Source of the DNA: Candidatus Nanopelagicales bacterium
GTDB taxonomy: Bacteria > Actinomycetota > Actinomycetes > S36-B12 > CAIYMF01
Direction: 5' to 3'
Length of the DNA stretch: 55,543 nt
Assembly: GCA_035702165.1 (NCBI GenBank)
Contig: DASSQW010000104.1
Span: 1 to 55,543, forward strand
Positions 11,452 through 21,391 of the stretch are shown one piece after another (the stretch's first letter is position 1; each line of letters opens with the position of its first letter). Position numbers and translations under genes: made by a program. Under the pieces are notes generated by a model that ran no database searches, was not told the origin of the DNA, and saw only the letters and a list, made by a program, of their open reading frames with translations.

Positions 11452-12522
11452 ATGCGCGCGATGATCCTCAAAGAGCTCCGCGAGCTGCGCCGCGACCGCC
11501 GCACGGTCGGCCTGCTCGTCGGGATGCCCCTGCTGCTGCTCGTCATCTTCGGCTACGCCGCCAACTTCTACGTCTCGAGCGTCAAGGCCGCGGTCGTCGG
11601 CACCCAGGCCGAGCAGGTCGCGGCGCAGCTGCCGCCGTTCTTCGACGTCACGGTCGTGGAGCCCGGTGACGACGAGGCCGACGCGGAGGCGCTGCTGCAG
11701 GCCAACACCGTCGACGTCGCGTTCGTGACCGGCCAGCAGCCGGTGCTGGCCCTGGTCGACGGCTCGAACCTGTTCGCCGCGCAGTCGACCGTGTCGGTGC
11801 TCAACAAGGCCGGTTCGTCGGTGACCACGAAGGTCCTCTACAACCCCGAGCTGAAGACGTCGTGGGTGATGATCCCGGCGATCATCGGCCTCATCCTCAC
11901 CTTCATCGGCACGATCATCACGAGCATCGGACTGGTGAAGGAGCGCGAGACCGGCACGCTCGAGCAGCTCGCCGTCATGCCCATCCGCCCGAGCACGGTG
12001 ATCGTCGGCAAGATCGCGCCGTACTTCCTGCTCGCCTCGCTCGACATGGTGATCATCACCGTGCTCGGCATCGTGCTGTTCGACGTCCCGTTCAACGGCA
12101 ACCCGTTCGCCTTCGCGCTCGGCGCCGGCCTGTTCCTGCTCGTCGTGCTCGGCCTCGGCGTCTTCATCTCGACCATCTCGCAGACGACCGGGCAGGCCAT
12201 CCAGACGGCGTTCTTCTTCCTGCTGCCGCAGATCCTCTTGAGCGGCATGATCTTCCCGCTCGACGCGATGGCGGCGGGCGTGCGCTGGATCGGCTACCTG
12301 CTGCCGCTCACCTACTTCACGATGATCAGCCAGGGCATCATGCTGCGCGGCGCGACCGTCGCCGAGCTGTGGCTCCCGTTCACGGTGCTGCTCGTCATGG
12401 CGATCGTGGTGTTCACCGGCGCGACCCTGCGGTTCCGTCGCGACCTGGCGCCCGGGCGCCGCAAGGCGCACCACGGCCTCGAGCCCGAGCAGCACGGTGA
12501 GCACCAGCAGGCGGCGTCGTGA
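11452..12522 (+). CDS. ABC-2 type exporter permease (YbhS/R-like)
   Basis: KELRELRRDRR, LYNPEL, VKERETGTLEQL.VMP, LSGMIFP, LPLTYF. Confidence 0.92.
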   Translation: MRAMILKELRELRRDRRTVGLLVGMPLLLLVIFGYAANFYVSSVKAAVVGTQAEQVAAQLPPFFDVTVVEPGDDEADAEALLQANTVDVAFVTGQQPVLALVDGSNLFAAQSTVSVLNKAGSSVTTKVLYNPELKTSWVMIPAIIGLILTFIGTIITSIGLVKERETGTLEQLAVMPIRPSTVIVGKIAPYFLLASLDMVIITVLGIVLFDVPFNGNPFAFALGAGLFLLVVLGLGVFISTISQTTGQAIQTAFFFLLPQILLSGMIFPLDAMAAGVRWIGYLLPLTYFTMISQGIMLRGATVAELWLPFTVLLVMAIVVFTGATLRFRRDLAPGRRKAHHGLEPEQHGEHQQAAS

Positions 12523-13349
12523 CCACCTCGACGGCGTACGGCGTCCGCGGGCTCTCGGTCGAGCTCGGCGGCCGGACCGTGCTGCACGACGTGACGGTGG
12601 AGTCGTCGCCGGGACAGGTCGTCGCGGTGGTGGGCGGTGACGGTGCAGGCAAGTCGACGCTGCTGCGGACGATCGTCGGAGAGGTGGCTCCGGCCCGCGG
12701 CTCGGTGCACGCGCCGGACCCGTCGCGCACGGGCTACCTCCCGGCATCTGCCGGCAGCTGGGCGGCGCTCACCGTGCGGCAGAACATCGACTTCGCCGCC
12801 GGGGTCTACGGGCTCACCGGCGAGCGCCTCGAGGCACGCCGCGGCGAGCTCCTCGACCGCGCCTCGCTCACCGCAGCCGCGGACCGCCCGGCGTCGCAGC
12901 TCTCGGGCGGCATGCGCCGCAAGCTCGGCTTCTGCATGGCGGTCGTCCACGAGCCCGACCTGCTCGTGCTCGACGAGCCCACGACGGGCGTCGACCCCGT
13001 CAGCCGCGTCGACCTGTGGCGGCTCGTGGCGCAGACCGCCGCGCAGGGAACGGCCGTCGTCATGACGACGACCTACCTCGACGAGGGTGAGCGGGCGGCG
13101 GCCCTGACCGTGCTGGACGACGGGCACGTGCTGGCCCAGGGCGCCGTCGACGACGTCCTGTCCGGGCTCGACGGCACCGTGACCTCGGCGCTCGAGCCGG
13201 TGCGCCCGGCGTGGGCGTGGCGGCGCGGCCGCACCGTGCACGAGCTGTGGGCGCCGGGGGAGACGCCCACGGGCGAGGTGGTCCGCCCCGACCTCGAGGA
13301 CGTCGTCGTCGCGCTGTCGTTGCGGCATCGGGCGGCGGTGGCCTCATGA
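12519..13349 (+). CDS. ABC transporter ATP-binding protein
   Basis: GGDGAGKST, LSGGMRRK, LVLDEPTTGVDP. Confidence 0.92.
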   Translation: MTTSTAYGVRGLSVELGGRTVLHDVTVESSPGQVVAVVGGDGAGKSTLLRTIVGEVAPARGSVHAPDPSRTGYLPASAGSWAALTVRQNIDFAAGVYGLTGERLEARRGELLDRASLTAAADRPASQLSGGMRRKLGFCMAVVHEPDLLVLDEPTTGVDPVSRVDLWRLVAQTAAQGTAVVMTTTYLDEGERAAALTVLDDGHVLAQGAVDDVLSGLDGTVTSALEPVRPAWAWRRGRTVHELWAPGETPTGEVVRPDLEDVVVALSLRHRAAVAS

Positions 13350-14209
13350 GCACGCCGCTCCTGCGATCGCTCGCGGTCACCCGCGACTTCGGGTCCTTCC
13401 GCGCCGTCGACGCGGTGTCTCTCGAGCTGCATCCCGGCGAGGTGGTCGGGCTGCTCGGCGCCAACGGCGCAGGCAAGACCACCCTGCTGCGCCTCCTGCT
13501 CGGGCTGATCTCGCCGACCTCCGGCGAGGTCGAGCTCATGGGCGGGCCGCCGGACCGGGAGCGCCGCCGGTCCCTGGGCTACGTGCCGCAGGGCCTCGGT
13601 CTCTACCGCGGCTTGTCGGTGCGCGAGAACCTCGCGTTCTCGGCGTCCTCGTACGGCGTGCCGGTGCCCCCGGTGGACGGTCCGCTCGCCGACGTGGCCG
13701 ACGTGCTCGTCCGCGACGTGCCGCTCGGTCTGCAGCGCCGCGCCGCCTTCACCTCCGCGCTGGCCCACGACCCGGCGGTGCTGGTGCTCGACGAGCCGAC
13801 GTCAGGGGTCGACGCCCTCGCGCGGGCCGAGCTGTGGGACACGATCCGCGCGAAGGCCGTCGCCGGCGTCGGCGTCCTCGTGACCACGCACTACATGCAG
13901 GAGGCCGAGCAGTGCGACCGGCTGCTCCTGATGTCGGAGGGCCGGCTCGTCGCCGAGGGCAGCGAGGCCGACGTCGTCGGCGGTACGACGGCGCTCGCGG
14001 TGCGCACCGACGACTGGGCGTCCGCCTTCGGGGCGCTCGACGCGGCCGACGAGCTCGTGCTGCTGTCGGGTCGCTCGATCCGGGTGGCCGACGGCGACCC
14101 GGAGCGCGTGGGACGCGTGCTGGCCGAGGCCGGGATCTCCGCCGACGTGGAGCGGGTGCCGGCGACGATCGAGGAGCGGATGGCCGAGCTCGCCCGGGGG
14201 TCGCGCTAG
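13346..14209 (+). CDS. ABC transporter ATP-binding protein (degenerate signature)
   Basis: GANGAGKTT, VPLGLQRR, LVLDEPTSGVD, TTHYMQEAE; ATGA overlap. Confidence 0.92.
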   Translation: MSTPLLRSLAVTRDFGSFRAVDAVSLELHPGEVVGLLGANGAGKTTLLRLLLGLISPTSGEVELMGGPPDRERRRSLGYVPQGLGLYRGLSVRENLAFSASSYGVPVPPVDGPLADVADVLVRDVPLGLQRRAAFTSALAHDPAVLVLDEPTSGVDALARAELWDTIRAKAVAGVGVLVTTHYMQEAEQCDRLLLMSEGRLVAEGSEADVVGGTTALAVRTDDWASAFGALDAADELVLLSGRSIRVADGDPERVGRVLAEAGISADVERVPATIEERMAELARGSR

Positions 14210-14832
14210 TGGCGGTGCGCGGCCGGCGCCCTTCGGGCAGCACCGATACCCGTCAGGCCATCCTCGACGCCGCGCGGGAGCTCTTCGCGGAGAAGGGTTT
14301 CGAGCGCACGACCATGCGCGCGGTCGGCGAGCGCGCCGGAGTGGACCCGGCCCTCATCGCGTACTGGTTCGGCAGCAAGGACGGCCTGCTGGCCGAGGCG
14401 ATGACGCTGCCGCTCGATATCGAGGCCGTTCTCGCTGACCTCGATGCGTCGCGCCCCGGCGCGGACATCGTGCGCCGCGTGCTGGCCGCAGCCGACGGTT
14501 CGCCCGCGGTGCGCGGGCGTGCGGTCGCGTTCCTGCGCATCGGTCTCTCGCACGACCACGTGGCGGGCCTGCTGCGCGAGGTGATCAGCCGCAGGGTGCT
14601 CGCGACGCTGTCGCCGATGGCCGCGCCCGACCATCGCGAGCTGCGCGCCGCCCTGATCGGCTCGCACATCGCCGGCCTGATGATGGGCCGCTACGTGGTA
14701 CGCGTGCCGGCGCTCGCCGATGCCGACAGCGAGCAGCTCGTGGTCGCGATGGCGCCCGTGGTCCAGCACTACCTCACCGGGCCGATGGCGACGGTGCCGG
14801 AGCGCGGCCCCGCCCGACGACGTGCTCGCTGA
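14209..14832 (+). CDS. TetR-family transcriptional regulator
   Basis: TRQAILDAARELFAEKGFERTTMRAVGERAGVDPALIAYWFGSKDGL HTH; GTG overlaps the upstream TAG. Confidence 0.92.
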   Translation: MAVRGRRPSGSTDTRQAILDAARELFAEKGFERTTMRAVGERAGVDPALIAYWFGSKDGLLAEAMTLPLDIEAVLADLDASRPGADIVRRVLAAADGSPAVRGRAVAFLRIGLSHDHVAGLLREVISRRVLATLSPMAAPDHRELRAALIGSHIAGLMMGRYVVRVPALADADSEQLVVAMAPVVQHYLTGPMATVPERGPARRRAR

Positions 14833-14836
14833 CGTC

Positions 14837-15064
14837 TCAGCCGGCCGCGGCCCGGGGCGAGGGGCGCACCACGAGGTCGGCCAGCAGGTGCTCGGTGGCG
14901 TGCGCGATCTCGGCGACCGCGCGGTCGAAGGCCTCCTGGTTCGCAGCCGACGGCGCCCGCATCCCCGCGATCTTGCGCACGTACTGCAGCGCAGCGGCGC
15001 GCACGTCGGCGTCGGTCACGTCGTCGGTGTACGGCGGACGCAGGGTCTTGATGCTGCGGCACAC
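14837..15064 (-). CDS. DUF2277 family small protein
   Basis: MCRSIKTLR, AAALQYVRKIAG, ANQEAFDRAV. Confidence 0.88.
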   Translation of the reverse strand: MCRSIKTLRPPYTDDVTDADVRAAALQYVRKIAGMRAPSAANQEAFDRAVAEIAHATEHLLADLVVRPSPRAAAG

Positions 15065-15125
15065 GCGGGGCTCCTCGGGTTGCGGTGGTCGTCGTGAACG
15101 AGCCTGCGGGCAGGTGCCGTCGGCG

Positions 15126-15767
15126 TCAACGGCCGCCCTCGACGGCGGCCCTCGGCTGCAGGCCGACGTCGGCGAGCGCGGCGCGGACGAGCGCGTCGTA
15201 ACGGCCCTCGGCGAGGTCGCCGAACGGGTCCCGGGTGTAGGGGAGCAGCTCGCGGAAGGGCAGCCCGAACGCGGCGCGCATCGCGAGGAGGCGGGCGCGC
15301 TCGGGGTCCGCGAGGTCGATGCCGGTGAGCGCGCGGGCCGAGCTCATCTCGCGTATGCCCCGGATCCGCCCGGGCAGCACCGCGACGAGCAGCACCGCGA
15401 TCGGCAGGCCGGCGGTGATGAACCCGATCGTGCGGGCCAGCATGTGCACCGCGTCCTGACCCTGCTGGCCGAGCTCGGCGATGTTGCCGCCGGTGGCGTC
15501 GCCGGCGCCGTGGAACGCATCGCCGAGCGCGCTGCCCACGATCGGGACGTTGGATACCGCGTTGCCGACGTTGTCGAACGCGCCCTGCAGCCCGTTGCCG
15601 GCGTTGCTCACCCCCTGGCCGAGGACGCTCAGTGCGTCGACGAGGTGGTGGACCGACACCCCGATCCACACGAACAGCGCGACGAGGGCGACCACGAGGA
15701 CGTCGCGCAGGATCTGGCCGCGCCGCATGCCCGGCACGTCGGGGTACAGCGTCAGGTGCTCCCACAT
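15126..15767 (-). CDS. Conserved actinobacterial membrane protein
   Basis: Two TM segments flanking a helical region (VPIVGSALGD); high GC3; TAGCCT 6 nt before the ATG. Confidence 0.8.
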   Translation of the reverse strand: MWEHLTLYPDVPGMRRGQILRDVLVVALVALFVWIGVSVHHLVDALSVLGQGVSNAGNGLQGAFDNVGNAVSNVPIVGSALGDAFHGAGDATGGNIAELGQQGQDAVHMLARTIGFITAGLPIAVLLVAVLPGRIRGIREMSSARALTGIDLADPERARLLAMRAAFGLPFRELLPYTRDPFGDLAEGRYDALVRAALADVGLQPRAAVEGGR

Positions 15768-15858
15768 GGGGCGAGGCTACGGACCGCGGAAGTCCGGCGA
15801 GGTCCGGACGGCGAGACTCCCCGGTCAGGCAGTGCGGGGTCGCGCTGACGGTCGGCGA

Positions 15859-16236
15859 TCAGTGCAGCAGCCAGGCCGCGACCAGCGCGAGCAGCGGCAG
15901 GACGCCCTGGATGGCGGCACCGCGGGCCATGGCCGGCCGCGCCGCGACGAGCACGAGCGCGGCGCCCACCATGAACAGGCAGCCGTACACCACGAGCGTC
16001 GGACCCTGCGGCTCCCAGCCGCGCCACGCCCCGATCACGCCGACCAGGACGCCGACGCCGAGGAACAGGTTGTAGAAGCCCTGGTTGTACATCGAGAACG
16101 CGACCGTCTCGACATCGTCCTGGGGTACGCCGAACACGCGGTAGCCGCGGGTGCGGAAGACGACGGTCTCGAGCACGAAGAAGTAGACGTGCAGCAGCCC
16201 GGCGAGGCCGGCGAGCACCAGGGCGACGGAGGACAT
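15859..16236 (-). CDS. DUF1304 membrane protein
   Basis: LHVYFFVLE, YNQGFYNLFL, AAIQG. Confidence 0.85.
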   Translation of the reverse strand: MSSVALVLAGLAGLLHVYFFVLETVVFRTRGYRVFGVPQDDVETVAFSMYNQGFYNLFLGVGVLVGVIGAWRGWEPQGPTLVVYGCLFMVGAALVLVAARPAMARGAAIQGVLPLLALVAAWLLH

Positions 16237-16269
16237 GACGCGGACGCTACCGCCCACCCCACCAGCTCT

Positions 16270-16330
16270 TGCCCACATTGTGGCCCTTTCCCGGGCCGAT
16301 ACCTGCCGGGAAAGGGCCACAAGGTGGGCA
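16270..16330. repeat. Long intergenic inverted repeat (25-bp arms, 11-nt loop), REP-like or terminator
   Basis: TGCCCACATTGTGGCCCTTTCCCGG versus CCGGGAAAGGGCCACAAGGTGGGCA, one mismatch. Confidence 0.85.
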
Positions 16331-16342
16331 GATCGTGGGGGG

Positions 16343-17989
<1,647 letters not shown>

Positions 17990-18036
17990 GGCCACATCCT
18001 CGCCGGTGAGCCGCGTGGGCGAGAACGCGGTTTCCG

Positions 18037-18387
18037 CTAGACCGCGGAGGCGTCCTCGACGCCGTCGGGGCGCGGGGCGAGCGTGATCGAGCCGGACTCC
18101 CCGGCCAGCTGCACCGTGCCGTCGTCGGCGCGGTCGATCTGCAGCGTGCCGGTCAGGACACGGAACACGCCGTCCTCGGCCGCCATGAGCTCGGGCGGCC
18201 CGGCCATCCGGGTCGCCACGATCGCGCCGAAGGTGACGGCGTCGTCGGCGACCTCGGCACTGCCGTTGAACCGGTTCAGGACGCGTCCGTGGACACGGCC
18301 GTCGGCGAGGTCGAGCTCGAACGGGTGCGGGCCGTGCACCGGTTCGGCGTCGACGGCGACGATGACGAAGGATCCGGAGAGGCTCAT
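18037..18387 (-). CDS. META domain (HslJ-like) protein
   Basis: NRFNGS, FGAIVATRMAGPPELMAAE. Confidence 0.8.
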   Translation of the reverse strand: MSLSGSFVIVAVDAEPVHGPHPFELDLADGRVHGRVLNRFNGSAEVADDAVTFGAIVATRMAGPPELMAAEDGVFRVLTGTLQIDRADDGTVQLAGESGSITLAPRPDGVEDASAV

Positions 18388-18405
18388 GGCCCGAGTCTCC
18401 CAGCG

Positions 18406-19326
18406 TCAGGCCGGCGCGACGTCGGTTTCCTCGCTGCGGGTGGCGCGGGTCGCCCAGTAGGAGCCGAGCAGCACGAGCGGGAAGCCCAGCACCATGCCCC
18501 AGGTGAGCGGCTCGGAGAGCACCACGAGACCCAGCAGGACGGCGACCGCCGGGTTCACGAACGTGATGACGGTGGCACGCACCGGACCGGCCTCGGCGAT
18601 GAGCTCGAAGAACAGGACGAACGCGAGGGCCGTGCACACCAGGGCGAGCACGAGCACCGACACGATGACGCTGGTCGACGGCAGGCCGCCGGAGAGCCCG
18701 GTCGCCGTGACAGGGAGGTAGAGGACCGCCACGATCGCGAGCGACAGGGCGATGACGCCCATCGACGGCACGTGAGCGAGCTTGCGCGACGCGATCACCG
18801 GGCCGACGGCGTAGCAGAGGGCGACGAGGAGCAGCTCGATCACGCTGAGGGCGTCGACGTGCCCCGAGAGCGAGTCGAGGCCGACGAGCAGCCCGACGCC
18901 GAGCACGCCGGCGCCCAGGCCGAGCAGCCGTACGCCGGCCAGCGCGTGCCGGTCGCCGAGGAGGAACGACAGGACGGTGCCGATGATGGGGACGGTCACG
19001 AGCATCAGGCCCGCGAAGCCGCTGGCCACGCGAGTCTCGGCGTGGCCGAGGAGGAGCCAGGGGATGCCCATCTCGATGACGCCGAAGGCGAGGACGAACG
19101 GCCAGGCGCGCAGCGCCGGTCTGATCGCGCCGCTGCGCATCGCGAGCGGCACGAGGACGAGCGCGCCGAGCACCGTGCGGAGGCCGACGACCGTGGCGGG
19201 GGAGATCTCCTCGACGGCGATCTTGATGAACAGGTACGGGATGCCCCAGATGACGCCCATCGCCGCGAAGAGGATCCAGCCGCGCCGGGTCATGCCGGCC
19301 GCGCGGGCCACCGTCTGCTCCACCAC
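18406..19326 (-). CDS. DMT/EamA family transporter
   Basis: IWGIPYLFIKIA, about 10 TM segments, ITFVNPAVAVLLG..LSEPLT. Confidence 0.92.
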   Translation of the reverse strand: MVEQTVARAAGMTRRGWILFAAMGVIWGIPYLFIKIAVEEISPATVVGLRTVLGALVLVPLAMRSGAIRPALRAWPFVLAFGVIEMGIPWLLLGHAETRVASGFAGLMLVTVPIIGTVLSFLLGDRHALAGVRLLGLGAGVLGVGLLVGLDSLSGHVDALSVIELLLVALCYAVGPVIASRKLAHVPSMGVIALSLAIVAVLYLPVTATGLSGGLPSTSVIVSVLVLALVCTALAFVLFFELIAEAGPVRATVITFVNPAVAVLLGLVVLSEPLTWGMVLGFPLVLLGSYWATRATRSEETDVAPA

Positions 19327-19411
19327 GCGGCGACTCTACGGGTCGCCGCCGACACCGCCCCAGCGGGAAACGGACGGTTCCCTCGCGGGTCCGCCTGGAC
19401 CCCGACCCGCA

Positions 19412-19452
19412 CGACGCAGGGCCCCCGCCGGATCGGCGGAGGCCCTGCGTCG
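19412..19452 (-). terminator. 19-bp stem-loop downstream of the dioxygenase gene
   Basis: CGACGCAGGGCCCCCGCCG-GAT-CGGCGGAGGCCCTGCGTCG; the single mismatch is a G-U pair on the minus-strand RNA. Confidence 0.7.
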
Positions 19453-19503
19453 CTCCCGAGACATGATCATGTTCGAGGAGCGTTCGGTCGTGCGTGCGCC
19501 GGA

Positions 19504-20418
19504 TCAGGTCGCGACGGTCAGGAAGCGCTCGTTGAGCTCGCGCGAGTGGTAGAAGATCGCCTTGCCGAGCTGGTCCGGCGTCCAGATCACGGTGGGCCGG
19601 TCGCGGAAGCAGCGGTAGCCCCCCGAGAAGGTCTCGTTGCGGTTCCCGGACGGGTCGAAGAAGTAGATCGTCGTGCCGCGCGTGATGCCGTGGCGGGTCG
19701 GGCCGATGTCGACCGGGACGTCGTCCATGGAGAAGATGTCCGCCGCGTGGAGGATGTCGTTCCACCCGCGCATCTCGAAGGCGAAGTGGTGGATCTTGTT
19801 CTCCGGAGCCTCGAGCAGCGCGATGTCGTGGTTGGACTCGCCGATCGTGAGCCAGGTGGCGATGCGGTGGGCGTCGTCGTCGAGCCCGGTCTGGACCCGC
19901 TCGGTGGCCCACATGCCCACGCAGTCGACGAAGAACCTCTCGATGCCGGCGACGTCGTTGACCCACAGCAGGGCGTGGTCGAGGCGCGGAGCGCCGATGC
20001 CGACGAGGTGGCGGGGGAAGGCGTCGGGGTTGTGCGTGCCGACCTCGAGGCCCCAGGTGGTCATGTGGGAGTAGAACTCGATCTGGTGGCCGCTGGGCAG
20101 CGTGACGCGGATGCCGTCGCCGACCTCGGGGTTCTCGCCGGCCGCCATCCGCTCGACGGGGTAGCCGAAGGCGGTCGCCTTGGCCTCGATGTCCGCGACG
20201 TCCTCGGGCTTCTCGCACTTGAAGCCGCACTTGACGTAGCCGACGCCGCCCTCCTCGAGGACGACCGAGTGGTGGTCCCACTCGTCCCAGCCCTTGTAGT
20301 AGACCTTCCCGTCCTGCTCGAGGGTCTGGTAGAGCCCGAGGGTGCTGCCGTAGTGCTGCTTGGCCTCCTCGAGGTCGGTGACCTTGACGTGCATGTAGCC
20401 CATCCGCATGACGGCCAT
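19504..20418 (-). CDS. xylE: Catechol 2,3-dioxygenase (type I extradiol dioxygenase)
   Basis: KGWDEWDHHS, RLDHAL, NHDIA, IHHFAF, GPTRHGITRGTTIYFFDPSGNRNETF. Confidence 0.93.
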   Translation of the reverse strand: MAVMRMGYMHVKVTDLEEAKQHYGSTLGLYQTLEQDGKVYYKGWDEWDHHSVVLEEGGVGYVKCGFKCEKPEDVADIEAKATAFGYPVERMAAGENPEVGDGIRVTLPSGHQIEFYSHMTTWGLEVGTHNPDAFPRHLVGIGAPRLDHALLWVNDVAGIERFFVDCVGMWATERVQTGLDDDAHRIATWLTIGESNHDIALLEAPENKIHHFAFEMRGWNDILHAADIFSMDDVPVDIGPTRHGITRGTTIYFFDPSGNRNETFSGGYRCFRDRPTVIWTPDQLGKAIFYHSRELNERFLTVAT

Positions 20419-20536
20419 GAGCGGGTCCCTTTCGCCGGCGACTTCGGTGTGCCAAACCTAAGGACGCCGCGCACGGTGTCACCGGACGGTTCCGCTGTGG
20501 GGAACGGGCTCCCCGGACCGCTCGCTCCAGCCGCGC

Positions 20537-21379
20537 CTACAGCGCGACGGTGCCGTCGAGGACCGTGATGCAGTGCCCGCCGACCCACACGTCGTCGCCC
20601 TCGCGCTCGACGTGGATCCGGCCGCGCCGGCCGAGCGCCGTGCCCTGCGCCGCGACGTAGGTGCGGGGGAGGCGGCCCTCGGCGATGAGCCACTGGCCCA
20701 CCGCGGCGTTGAACGATCCCGTCACCGGGTCCTCGGTCAGACCGCCCTGCGCGCCGGGGAAGAAGGTGCGGATCTCGACGTCGACCTCTGCTCCGGCCGG
20801 GTGCAGGCCGACGACGCCGACGTCCATGCCGTGCAGCGTCGCAGCGTCCGGCGCGAGCGAGAGCACCAGCTCGGCGGAGGACAGAAGCAGTCCGCGCCAG
20901 CCCGGTCCGTTGTCGCACCACGAGTGCGCGACGACGTCCTCGCGTGCGATGCCGAGGAAGCGCACCGCGTCGTCGAGCTCCTGCTCGGACAGGGGACCGC
21001 TGCGATCCAGCGGGGGAGCGGCGAAAGCGAGCCGGTCGCCGGTACGCCGGATGCGCACGAGCCCTGCGCCGCACTCCTGCACGATGTGCTCGCCCTTCGG
21101 CACGCCCCCCGCCTCGAGCCACGCGTGGCACGACCCGAGCGTCGGGTGGCCGGCGAAGGGCAGCTCGCGCCCGGGGCAGAAGATGCGCACGGCGTAGTCG
21201 GCGTCGGCGTGCGTCGGTGGTCCGACGAAGGTCGCCTCGGACAGATTCGTCCACTCGGTGAACCGCTGCATCTCGTCGGTGGTCAGACCCGCCAGGTCGA
21301 GGGTGACCGCAACGGGGTTGCCGGCGAGAGGGGAGTCGGCGAAGACGTCGACCTGTCGGAAGGGGCGGCGCTGCGTCAT
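20537..21379 (-). CDS. PhzF family isomerase
   Basis: QVDVF..GNPVAV, NLSEATF, ELPFAGHPTLG, EDPVTGS, QGTALGRRG. Confidence 0.93.
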   Translation of the reverse strand: MTQRRPFRQVDVFADSPLAGNPVAVTLDLAGLTTDEMQRFTEWTNLSEATFVGPPTHADADYAVRIFCPGRELPFAGHPTLGSCHAWLEAGGVPKGEHIVQECGAGLVRIRRTGDRLAFAAPPLDRSGPLSEQELDDAVRFLGIAREDVVAHSWCDNGPGWRGLLLSSAELVLSLAPDAATLHGMDVGVVGLHPAGAEVDVEIRTFFPGAQGGLTEDPVTGSFNAAVGQWLIAEGRLPRTYVAAQGTALGRRGRIHVEREGDDVWVGGHCITVLDGTVAL

Positions 21380-21391
21380 GTCGCCAGCATG

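Noticed and set aside
20537-21379. Phenazine biosynthesis cluster
   Set aside because: Lone PhzF-family gene; no phzA/B/D/E/G in the window
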